From IMG/VR virus record IMGVR_UViG_3300042502_001806: DNA of 64,000 bases; one strand, written 5' to 3'. The notes under the pieces are model-generated. The model was not told the origin of the DNA, did no database searches, and saw nothing but the letters and a program-made list of their open reading frames with translations. Shown in pieces: positions 6,313 through 14,684 of this stretch. Each line of letters begins with the position of its first letter. The stretch's first letter is position 1. The stretch comes from an uncultured virus (IMG/VR IMGVR_UViG_3300042502_001806). Taxonomy: Duplodnaviria > Heunggongvirae > Uroviricota > Caudoviricetes. Position numbers and translations under genes: made by a program.

Positions 6313-8184
6313 TTAGTTCCAAGTTTCTTCTTCTAAATTCTCTAATCTATCTTGACATAAAGCCATATTCATAGAAATTTTATCTCTATATTCTTGTTCT
6401 TCTTGACCTTGAAATGGAAGTTGTAACTGACCTTTATTATTTAAAACATCACTATATCTCAAAATTAACTTAGGTAGTCTTTCTAAAAGGATATCTGTAT
6501 ATTCAGAAATAATTTCAGTGTAAGTAAACCAATCAATTAGTCTCTTTTCTGATTCAATAATATTATACCCTAATCCTAAAGAGTCAACCTTAGTTAAGTA
6601 CTCAACTCCTGTTATATCAACAGCATTATCTCTAGGTTCTATATTATAAACTTCAGTAGCAAATGCTTTAGGAATATAATTACCTTTATAATCAACAACT
6701 AATAATTTTTGATTAATGTAACGATATTCTCTCCAGTCTCTGAACTTATCACTTATTTTATCAAACCATAACCAATCTGTATCTATTTCTTTAATATCTC
6801 TATCACCTTCATACATATATTGATCACTAGAACTTGGTACATCTCCATCCCCAAAGATTTCAACAACTACTAAAACAGCAGTTTCTTCATATAGACTTCT
6901 TCCTTCAATTTCAGAATAAACTGAATTATCTATATGAAAGTATTCATCATGATCTATATCATAAAATACATCATCATAATCTTCTGGATACCAACCTATT
7001 CTTCTTCTACCACCTCTTTCTACTTGAACAGATCTATCAGCATATAAATGATCATTAAGTGGTTCAGACCAAACAGCCTCATCTTCAGGAATTCTTCTAT
7101 CATACCATTCAGAATAATAACCACCTTCAATTTCTGTATAACCACCACCAGTATCCTCTAAGATATACTGACCTTCGTGTTCACTATCTTGTTCATCATC
7201 ATTATGTAGGATACCATTATTAACATCATATCTTTTAAATGTATCCATATAAGGGTATCTGTTATAATCTTTATCTTTTACTTTAATAGTCATTCCAACA
7301 TTTCTATCTTCACCGTCTATATTAACAGTTGAATAACTATGATGATTATTATAAGATTTATAACACCAACCTTGTTCTTTAGCATAGTTTCTAAACTTTT
7401 GAACGTCTGATTCTTTAATAGTGTATTGTCTATCCATAAAATATTCAACACCTTCAACAGGTTTACCTAAGCTTCTTATAGATTCTAACTTCCAAATTAA
7501 AGCTCTACCTATAATCTTATCATCTTCTTTAAGAATTAACATTTTACAAACATCTTGATTCTGAGTATAGATGCCAAATAGATTTCTTTTTTGAGCCATA
7601 CAAGATGAACCAAGTGTTCCTGATTTTTCTTTGTAGTTTTCAGAGTTATACCAAAATTCAATATCTTCTCCTTCAACTAATTCAAAATACTCTCCAGCTT
7701 TTTCTAAAATTGCTTTGAATGAGTTTATAAATTCTTCTATCTGTTTTGAGTTATATTTACCAGGAAATAGTTTATTGACAAATCTACCTAAACCAACTTC
7801 ATTTCTTGATTTAGTAAATACACCACTGGCATCCTCACCACCAGCAATATCAAATTCGTGTAAATCATTTGAATAGTTTTCAGGATCTGGCATTGGCTTA
7901 TTGTCAATATTTATTGACCAATCTGTATTTGGATATTTAGCAACCATCAAAGGTTTAGCATTCCTCATTGTGATAAAAGAAAAATAACCTTCTTTACCTA
8001 AATCAATAAAAGTCATATCTGGTTTCACATCAGTTCCTTCTGAACCTAATAACTCAGTAGCAATATCATTACCTTTTATTCTACTTAAAGCTTTTCTAAC
8101 ATTTGGTGAATAGTATAAGAAAGACTCATTGATAGCCTTCTCTAACAACATATCTACAATAAAACTATTATACTTTGAAATCAT
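6313..8184 (-). CDS. Large conserved phage hypothetical protein
   Basis: About 623 aa; GTLGSSCM, GRALIW, MDRQY, YPYMDTF motifs; ATG at 8184 lies just after a TTAATATATA motif. Confidence 0.75.
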   Translation of the reverse strand: MISKYNSFIVDMLLEKAINESFLYYSPNVRKALSRIKGNDIATELLGSEGTDVKPDMTFIDLGKEGYFSFITMRNAKPLMVAKYPNTDWSINIDNKPMPDPENYSNDLHEFDIAGGEDASGVFTKSRNEVGLGRFVNKLFPGKYNSKQIEEFINSFKAILEKAGEYFELVEGEDIEFWYNSENYKEKSGTLGSSCMAQKRNLFGIYTQNQDVCKMLILKEDDKIIGRALIWKLESIRSLGKPVEGVEYFMDRQYTIKESDVQKFRNYAKEQGWCYKSYNNHHSYSTVNIDGEDRNVGMTIKVKDKDYNRYPYMDTFKRYDVNNGILHNDDEQDSEHEGQYILEDTGGGYTEIEGGYYSEWYDRRIPEDEAVWSEPLNDHLYADRSVQVERGGRRRIGWYPEDYDDVFYDIDHDEYFHIDNSVYSEIEGRSLYEETAVLVVVEIFGDGDVPSSSDQYMYEGDRDIKEIDTDWLWFDKISDKFRDWREYRYINQKLLVVDYKGNYIPKAFATEVYNIEPRDNAVDITGVEYLTKVDSLGLGYNIIESEKRLIDWFTYTEIISEYTDILLERLPKLILRYSDVLNNKGQLQLPFQGQEEQEYRDKISMNMALCQDRLENLEEETWN

Positions 8185-8262
8185 ATACACTATATATTAA
8201 TTTTATATTGGTAAATTAATAAATAAATCATATCTTTGTAAGATGAAAAATAACATTCGATA

Positions 8263-8868
8263 ATGGCGACTATAAAAAAGTTTAATCAATTTAATACATC
8301 TGAGTGGATAGGACCGTTGAAGGTTCTTGATATTAAAGAAAATACAGTTTATACAAACTTTGGTAACTTCTTCAATAAATCAGAAAATAAATTAACAGTA
8401 GGATATTCTTATATTTTAAGAGTTGTTAATAATGATATTGTTGATACAGGAATGTCTTGTGTCGATTTAGTTGTTCTTATTGATACAGGTACAAACTATA
8501 AAGTTCTTTCTATTAAAAGAGGTCGAGCACCATTTGTTGGTATGTGGGCTAATCCAGGAGGAAACATTGACGAGGGTGAACAACCTTTAGATGCCGCTTC
8601 TCGTGAGTTAGAAGAAGAAACAGGACTTATGATACCTAGTAAGTATTTTACTTATGTAGGTGCTTTTGATAAAGAGTTCAGAGATCCTCGTAATAAAAAT
8701 TGTGTTAGTCATGCTTTCGTTATTGTTTTAGATGAAATGCCAGTTGTTAAAGCTGGTGATGATGCTACAGAATGTACTTGGAATGATGTAAGTTATGATG
8801 GTGATGTAACCGTTGATATGGCATTTGACCACGCAGAAATAATTAAAAAATCAATTCAATCAATATGA
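8263..8868 (+). CDS. NUDIX hydrolase (ADP-ribose pyrophosphatase-like)
   Basis: Nudix box GGNIDEGEQPLDAASRELEEETG; RDPR, AGDDA, AFDHAEI. Confidence 0.92.
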   Translation: MATIKKFNQFNTSEWIGPLKVLDIKENTVYTNFGNFFNKSENKLTVGYSYILRVVNNDIVDTGMSCVDLVVLIDTGTNYKVLSIKRGRAPFVGMWANPGGNIDEGEQPLDAASRELEEETGLMIPSKYFTYVGAFDKEFRDPRNKNCVSHAFVIVLDEMPVVKAGDDATECTWNDVSYDGDVTVDMAFDHAEIIKKSIQSI

Positions 8869-9353
8869 GTATTAAAAACTTAAAAGAACCATTTGTTATT
8901 ATCCTTATCGGACCACCTCTATCTGGTAAATCAACTTGGATTAGAGAAAACTTTCCAACGACTGAAGTAATTAGTCGTGATGAAACTGTTATGGAAGTCT
9001 ATGGTTCAAGAAACTATACTGAGGCATTTAACAATGTAGACCAAAAAGAAGTAGATAGAGTTTTAACTCAAAAGTTTTTAGATGCTAATTTGGTTAAAAA
9101 GAATGTGATTGTTGACATGACACACATGGCTTCTAAGCGTAGAAAGCAAAATCTAAACTATTTCTCAGATGATTACTATAAGTTGGGTGTTATCTTTCCA
9201 ATTCTTTCAGATGATGAATATGTAAGACGTAATCAAAAAAGAATTGAAGAAGAAAATAAAGATCTTCCAATGAGAATTGTTAAGTCTATGATTTCTTCTT
9301 ACCAACCAATCACAACAGATGAAGGGTTTAACAAAGTAATTACATTAAAATAA
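8865..9353 (+). CDS. AAA_33 / polynucleotide-kinase-like P-loop kinase
   Basis: GPPLSGKST Walker A, ISRD, VIVDMT, RNQKR lid, EGF tail. Confidence 0.85.
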   Translation: MSIKNLKEPFVIILIGPPLSGKSTWIRENFPTTEVISRDETVMEVYGSRNYTEAFNNVDQKEVDRVLTQKFLDANLVKKNVIVDMTHMASKRRKQNLNYFSDDYYKLGVIFPILSDDEYVRRNQKRIEEENKDLPMRIVKSMISSYQPITTDEGFNKVITLK

Positions 9354-9358
9354 AATAT

Positions 9359-9673
9359 ATGTCAACATTCAATTCGTTAGTGGAAGCAGTTCAAGCTTCT
9401 GGAAAAAAATTTAGTGAGATTAGTAAAGATTCTATTCTTTCTTTTCTTGAAAGACAAGGTGAGCCAAGAAATACTTGGGAATCAACTTATCAAAAATTAG
9501 GTGATATGTTCAATCCTAATAAGAAAAGTTCATCTGGTTTTGGTGGAAGTCCAAAAGAAGATAGGTCTCATAAATCATCTGTTGTTGATTACACAGATAA
9601 TTCACACAATGATGTCAAAGTAAGACAACCTAGAAAATCAATTTTCTCAGAGATAAAAAAAGTGGCTGGTTAA
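9359..9673 (+). CDS. Hypothetical protein
   Basis: 104-aa ORF within the operon. Confidence 0.65.
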   Translation: MSTFNSLVEAVQASGKKFSEISKDSILSFLERQGEPRNTWESTYQKLGDMFNPNKKSSSGFGGSPKEDRSHKSSVVDYTDNSHNDVKVRQPRKSIFSEIKKVAG

Positions 9674-10548
9674 TGAAAACATTGGTTACAGGTGGTTTAG
9701 GATTTGTAGGATCTAATTTAGTAGATATATTAATTAACTCAGGTGATGAAGTTTTCATATTAGACGACTTATCATCTGAGTCTTCATTTATTGAAAATCA
9801 AAATGAAAAAGCAAATCTTATTATTGGTAAAGTTGAAGATATTAATAAGTATTTTGTTGGGTATAAATTTGACAGAATATTTCACTTAGCCGCAAAAGCA
9901 AGAATACAACCATCTTTTGATAATCCAACAGAATACTTTAGCTCAAATGCTTTAGGTACTTCTGAAGTTATGGAGTTTGCCAGATTATCTAAATCTGGTA
10001 TAGTTGTTTATGCTACTACATCTTCTAAAAATCATGGTGATTATATTAGTCCATATACTTATTATAAAGTTGTCGGTGAGGGTATCTTAAAAACATATGC
10101 TAATTGTTTTGATATGAATTGCGCAATGGCTACATTTTATAATGTGTATGGACCAAGGGAACCAAGAATTGGTGAGTGGGCTACTGTTGTTGCTAAATTT
10201 GGTAGACAGTTTGAAGAAGGTGACCAACTAACAGTTGTTGGTGATGGCTCTCAATCTCGTGACTTCACTCACGTTGAAGATATTTGTAATGGTTTAATTA
10301 AAATAAGTGAAGGTGATTGGAGAGGTCAAAACTTTGACTTAGGTCGTGGTAATCCAATTTCTATTTTAGATGTTGCTAAAATGTGGACTGACAATGACTT
10401 ATCAAAAATTACATTTGTGCCTTTAAGAAAAAATGAAGGACAACACACAGAGTCTGAATGGGAGAAAACATATTCTTTAATTAAATGGAGAGCTGAAAAA
10501 TATCTTCCAGATTATATAAAATCTTGTAAAATTTTGAATTTACAATAG
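9673..10548 (+). CDS. NAD-dependent epimerase/dehydratase (extended SDR)
   Basis: VTGGLGFVG, HLAA, YxxxK, NVYGP, SRDFTHV. Confidence 0.92.
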   Translation: MKTLVTGGLGFVGSNLVDILINSGDEVFILDDLSSESSFIENQNEKANLIIGKVEDINKYFVGYKFDRIFHLAAKARIQPSFDNPTEYFSSNALGTSEVMEFARLSKSGIVVYATTSSKNHGDYISPYTYYKVVGEGILKTYANCFDMNCAMATFYNVYGPREPRIGEWATVVAKFGRQFEEGDQLTVVGDGSQSRDFTHVEDICNGLIKISEGDWRGQNFDLGRGNPISILDVAKMWTDNDLSKITFVPLRKNEGQHTESEWEKTYSLIKWRAEKYLPDYIKSCKILNLQ

Positions 10549-10582
10549 TTTTTCGTATCTTTATATTCTAAACAAAATATAT

Positions 10583-10945
10583 ATGACAAACTTTATTTCT
10601 ACATATTCATTAGACCTAAGTAAAATCAACGAGCCTGTTGATTTTGATTGTAAAAAATCAGAAGATTGGGAAGAATTAATATGTGAAAATGAAGGTCGCT
10701 TTATTAGAGAAAGTGAATTTATGTCATTTGAAGTGGATGGATTAGATTTATTAATAGTCTATGATTTAGAAGTAGATGGAAGAGTAGATTATGATCCAGG
10801 TGATTATTACACACCACCATATTCAGATTGTGAAATCACTTACGAAGATATCGATGTAACAGAAGTTACATTGGATGATTATAACATCGAGTTAACAAAA
10901 GAACTCAAAAAGTTATTTTCAGAAGTGATTAAAAAAAATTTATAA
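10583..10945 (+). CDS. Hypothetical acidic protein
   Basis: 120-aa ORF with DPGDYYTPP motif. Confidence 0.7.
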   Translation: MTNFISTYSLDLSKINEPVDFDCKKSEDWEELICENEGRFIRESEFMSFEVDGLDLLIVYDLEVDGRVDYDPGDYYTPPYSDCEITYEDIDVTEVTLDDYNIELTKELKKLFSEVIKKNL

Positions 10946-10946
10946 T

Positions 10947-11273
10947 ATGGGAAAAGTTTACTTTGATAAAGAAAAGTACGGTATCTGGGTAGTTGATGAT
11001 TTAGAAGACTACTATAGTTTCAAAGCCGTTAATTTTGAAACAAATGAAGAATCAAATCACATTTTATCTTGGTCTAGAAATTATGACCTATCTGACATGA
11101 ATAATAATGTTGATAGAGTTTATGATGTTGAGATAGATGAAAAAAAATACTACTTTTTATTTATTAATAATGGTGATGGTTGGGATGTTATCTCGGAAGA
11201 TTCTATGAAATTAGAAAAGTTATTAAACGATAAAAATCTATTCTTTACCGGAGATACTAAGATAGTTGAGTAA
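10947..11273 (+). CDS. Hypothetical protein
   Basis: 108-aa ORF. Confidence 0.65.
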   Translation: MGKVYFDKEKYGIWVVDDLEDYYSFKAVNFETNEESNHILSWSRNYDLSDMNNNVDRVYDVEIDEKKYYFLFINNGDGWDVISEDSMKLEKLLNDKNLFFTGDTKIVE

Positions 11274-12095
11274 ATTATCCATTAGCTGGTCAGCTCTTTC
11301 AAAAAGTTCTCTATTTTTAATAACAGTTAGATTTGCTGTGTAATAATCAACACCTTTATTTGTATAAAATGCTTGTACTAATTCATCTGGTACATAAACA
11401 CCAGAATATTTTAATTGATTTATAAAAGGCATTACAACATTTTTAGGATTGTTTTGAAATCCATCATCCATAACATCATATGATGGTGGTAATTCTCTAT
11501 CACTGTAGTCGTCTGCTCCGTTATCACCGTGTACATAAAAACCAGCAACTTTACCTTCTAAGTGATTTCTTAAAAGACTATTGTATTTTTTATCTTTAGA
11601 GAGCTCTCCAGTTACTTTTGGATCTTTAATACCTTCTCTACCTATAACATTTATAGCATCCCAAACGTCCATTGTTAGATTAATACAAACTAAACGATCA
11701 AATAATGATTTAATTTGAGTTGTTAAAGAGTGCCAGTGAATTGGAGAAACAATTATAAAAGCATCACATTCTTGTAATAATTTATAAACATCTAATTCGT
11801 GTAATAAATCAGGCATTTTTTTATCACCTTTATTATAACAAGAACAAGGAAAATGACAGTGATAACCACCCGCAGTTGAAACACATCCTTTACAAGGTTG
11901 TATTATAGGTCTTTTATGTTGATTAACCGAAAGATCGATAACCTTAAAGTTAATAAAAGGTGACCATTGTTCCAATAAATAGTTTACAACAGTCTCACTT
12001 TTTGAGTCCATTCCTGAACAAGTTTCTTTATCTCTAGGCGATCCTTGAAATAAAACTACATTAGGTTTTTTATCTCCGAGTTTTCTAATAATCAT
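11238..12095 (-). CDS. Flavodoxin-like NAD(P)H-dependent FMN reductase / iron-sulfur flavoprotein
   Basis: FQGSPR, PCKGCV...CHFPCSC, SPIHW, KSLFDRL; start moved to ATG 12095 after a TTAATATATA motif. Confidence 0.85.
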   Translation of the reverse strand: MIIRKLGDKKPNVVLFQGSPRDKETCSGMDSKSETVVNYLLEQWSPFINFKVIDLSVNQHKRPIIQPCKGCVSTAGGYHCHFPCSCYNKGDKKMPDLLHELDVYKLLQECDAFIIVSPIHWHSLTTQIKSLFDRLVCINLTMDVWDAINVIGREGIKDPKVTGELSKDKKYNSLLRNHLEGKVAGFYVHGDNGADDYSDRELPPSYDVMDDGFQNNPKNVVMPFINQLKYSGVYVPDELVQAFYTNKGVDYYTANLTVIKNRELFERADQLMDNLLNYLSISGKE

Positions 12096-12131
12096 ATTGT
12101 ATATATTAATTATTTGTACTATCTTTGTGAT

Positions 12132-12545
12132 ATGAAAGTAAGTTTTGATTTTGACCACACGTTATCTAGAAAAGATGTTCAGGTATTTGCCAAACAATTG
12201 GTAGATGAAGGACACGAAGTTTGGATTGTTACCTCAAGATTTAGTGATGAAGCGGCAAAAGAAAAGAAGTGGCATTGGATAGAAGGACAAAATCAAAAAC
12301 TATTTGATGTTGCGGAAGAATGTGGTATTAAAAAAGAAAATATTCAATTCACTTGTATGGAATCTAAGTCTTACTTTTTAGAAGGCAAAGGATTTATATT
12401 TCATTTAGATGATGATGATATTGAATTGATGGATATTTTTGAGTCTAATAAATTTGACCAAAGTAAATGTTTCCCAGTTCATGTAGACCATTTTGAGTGG
12501 AAAGAAACTTGTCGAAATATTTTGAAGAAAAATTTGGCAGAATAA
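12132..12545 (+). CDS. HAD-superfamily phosphatase-like protein
   Basis: MKVSFDFDHTL (DxD), IVTSR, HLDD; start at 12132 after TATCTTTG. Confidence 0.8.
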   Translation: MKVSFDFDHTLSRKDVQVFAKQLVDEGHEVWIVTSRFSDEAAKEKKWHWIEGQNQKLFDVAEECGIKKENIQFTCMESKSYFLEGKGFIFHLDDDDIELMDIFESNKFDQSKCFPVHVDHFEWKETCRNILKKNLAE

Positions 12546-12564
12546 GAAATAAGTATTATCTTTG
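12533..12564 (+). promoter_or_regulatory. Bacteroidota-type promoter
   Basis: TTTG 12533-12536, 20-nt spacer, TATCTTTG 12557-12564. Confidence 0.75.
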
Positions 12565-12672
12565 TGTAACAAAAGAGATAAAAAAGATTAAAGATAACCT
12601 AAACGGTGAGGGACATTAAAAGTAAAGCACGAAGCTTGAGCCCAAATAGGAGGCGGTCACCGTCCGAAAAAT

Positions 12673-12759
12673 GAGGAAGTAACAAAGTGGTCAAATGTGG
12701 TTGTGTCGTAACACAGCTGGCTTTTAAGTCTTCGGAGGTTCGAATCCTACCCTTCCTCA
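12673..12759 (+). tRNA. tRNA-Tyr-like (GTA) with expanded anticodon loop and bulged T-stem; possibly a pseudo-tRNA
   Basis: Acceptor GAGGAAG/CTTCCTC with A73; long variable arm; GGTTCGAATCC; GTTGT-GTCGTAAC-ACAGC 8-nt loop. Confidence 0.65.
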
Positions 12760-12809
12760 CAAAATTTGCGGTTTTTTACAACTTTTAAAAATCACAAAGT
12801 ATAACCTAT

Positions 12810-13049
12810 AGAGTTTTCGTAGTGGTTGACTCTTAATTCTCCTAACGGAGGGGTCTGTTTTTACAGGGTGGATACCAAACTCCACGCAAAGTTTTCGTAG
12901 TGGTTAACTAACCCTTTAACTAGGGGGTCTGTCTTGAACAGTGTGGGTACCAAAACCCACTCTACTTAAAAAGAGTTTTCGTAGTGGTTAACTCTTAATT
13001 CCTCTTAACAGAGGGGTCTACTCCAAGTAGGGTGGGTACTGAACCCCAC
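12810..13049 (+). ncRNA. Three tandem copies of a 70-80-nt four-hairpin structured RNA motif
   Basis: Copies at 12810-12885, 12890-12960 and 12971-13049; invariant GTTTTCGTAGTGGTT with compensatory stem changes. Confidence 0.75.
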
Positions 13050-13067
13050 ACTAAACACATTTCATTA

Positions 13068-13166
13068 ATGAATTCAGAAATCTACGCGGCTATTGCCACA
13101 CCTGTAGTTCTATTGTCTACTCTAGCAATAGTAATCTACAAGGAGAAGAAAAAAATGAGAAAATAG
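13068..13166 (+). CDS. Small membrane peptide (32 aa, MNSEIYAAIATPVVLLSTLAIVIYKEKKKMRK)
   Basis: One hydrophobic helix plus a basic tail, lying between the RNA repeats and a terminator. Confidence 0.55.
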   Translation: MNSEIYAAIATPVVLLSTLAIVIYKEKKKMRK

Positions 13167-13176
13167 AGAAAATTCG

Positions 13177-13205
13177 ATCCTATCAAAATGATAGGATTTT
13201 TTTTT
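13177..13205 (+). terminator. Intrinsic terminator
   Basis: ATCCTATCA-aaa-TGATAGGAT followed by a T run. Confidence 0.8.
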
Positions 13206-13271
13206 GATATTTAATAAAAAAATCATATCTTTGCTGCTATAAAAAATATAATCTAAAACATATTTATATTA

Positions 13272-13760
13272 ATGAAATTAGAAATTGAACGCAAATTTTT
13301 ACTAAAAGCTATGCCTGACATATCTCCAACCGAGATTGTTAAAATTGATCAGTATTATTTTAAAAACTCAAGTGGTACTTGGGAAAGAGCCAGATCTTGG
13401 GATTCTAATATCAAGGGTAAATCGTATATTCATACTGTAAAGAAAAGCGTTTCAAAAGGTGTCAACCTTGAAGATGAAAAATTTCTAAGTGAAAAAGAAT
13501 TCAAAGAGTTCAAATCGCATTGTTTATTATCTACAACCGAGTCTAGATTCATAACTAAAGAAAGATGGATTTATCCCGATGGTAATCTATACTGGGAAGT
13601 AGATATGTTTAATAGTGGTCACCATCTTATTGTGGCTGAAATTGAAATTCCTACAAAAAATCATAAAGTAAACATTCCTAAGTTTATAGAAGATAAACTT
13701 TTACTTGAAGTAACAGGATTAAAACAATTTAGTAATAGAAACCTTTCTAATAAAATATAA
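13272..13760 (+). CDS. CYTH domain protein (triphosphate tunnel metalloenzyme)
   Basis: EIERKFL, KER, WEVDMF, VAEIE, EVTG...SN. Confidence 0.9.
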   Translation: MKLEIERKFLLKAMPDISPTEIVKIDQYYFKNSSGTWERARSWDSNIKGKSYIHTVKKSVSKGVNLEDEKFLSEKEFKEFKSHCLLSTTESRFITKERWIYPDGNLYWEVDMFNSGHHLIVAEIEIPTKNHKVNIPKFIEDKLLLEVTGLKQFSNRNLSNKI

Positions 13761-13770
13761 TATAAAAAAT

Positions 13771-14319
13771 ATGAAGAAATTAGAATTAAGAATGTATGGT
13801 CTCGTACCTTATAATATCTCACCTATTCAACAAGCTATTCAATTTGGACACGCTGTTGTTGAGTATGGTCAGAAGTTTAGAAATGATAACTATAACGATT
13901 GGGCCGATAACTGGAAAACATTTATCATCTTAAATGGTGGTACAACAAATCACAAAACTTCTTTAGAAGATGGATTACCATTTGGTAGTCTTAACAATCA
14001 CTTACTCACTTTAATGGATAATGGTATTGAGTTTGCTCAATTCAACGAACCTGATTTAGGTGACCAACTTACAGCTGTTGTTTTTATTGTTGATGAAAGA
14101 GTATTTAATAAAAAGAAATATCCTGACTTTGAAGATTGGGTTATTGAGAAATATGGTGATTTAATTACAGGTGGTGGTACTGCTTACCAAGTTGCTAAAA
14201 GAATAAAAGAATCAACTTCTAAAAAAGATCAAAAAGTTTATCAAGAATGGATTAAACTTATAGGTGGTGAAAAGAATGTTTTCTTGAGAGATTTCTTAAA
14301 AAACTTTAGATTGGCATAA
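13771..14319 (+). CDS. Peptidyl-tRNA hydrolase PTH2-like protein
   Basis: IQFGHAVVEY, FIILNGG, FNEPDLGDQLTAV. Confidence 0.6.
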   Translation: MKKLELRMYGLVPYNISPIQQAIQFGHAVVEYGQKFRNDNYNDWADNWKTFIILNGGTTNHKTSLEDGLPFGSLNNHLLTLMDNGIEFAQFNEPDLGDQLTAVVFIVDERVFNKKKYPDFEDWVIEKYGDLITGGGTAYQVAKRIKESTSKKDQKVYQEWIKLIGGEKNVFLRDFLKNFRLA

Positions 14320-14666
14320 TGAAAGAATCTTGGATTAAGATTAATAATGAAATATTCTTTATAAAGGAAATGATGATTCAACTAAGTATTGGTTCACATG
14401 CTTCTTTACAATTATCATTCGATATTAAAAAATATCCAAAATACTCAGATATCTTTTTTAATAAGTATGAAAACAAAGAGAAGTTTAATATAGTTGGTAA
14501 AGAGTTTGAAGCAAAAGGAACAATAATTAAAACAATTGATACAGATAAGAATACAATGAATACTTCTTTAAGATGTGATTTATTAAATCATAAAGACATT
14601 TCAGAACGAAGAGAAGAAATTATTGATGTTGTACTAAACAACCAACAAAATAATAATATAAAATAA
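14319..14666 (+). CDS. Hypothetical protein
   Basis: 115-aa ORF; C-terminal RREEIIDVVL. Confidence 0.65.
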   Translation: MKESWIKINNEIFFIKEMMIQLSIGSHASLQLSFDIKKYPKYSDIFFNKYENKEKFNIVGKEFEAKGTIIKTIDTDKNTMNTSLRCDLLNHKDISERREEIIDVVLNNQQNNNIK

Positions 14667-14684
14667 ACAAGTAAATTAGAAAAT

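Noticed and set aside
12810..13049. Possible CRISPR mini-array
   Set aside because: The sequences between the invariant 15-mers are homologous and share structure rather than being unique spacers, and no cas genes are in the window.
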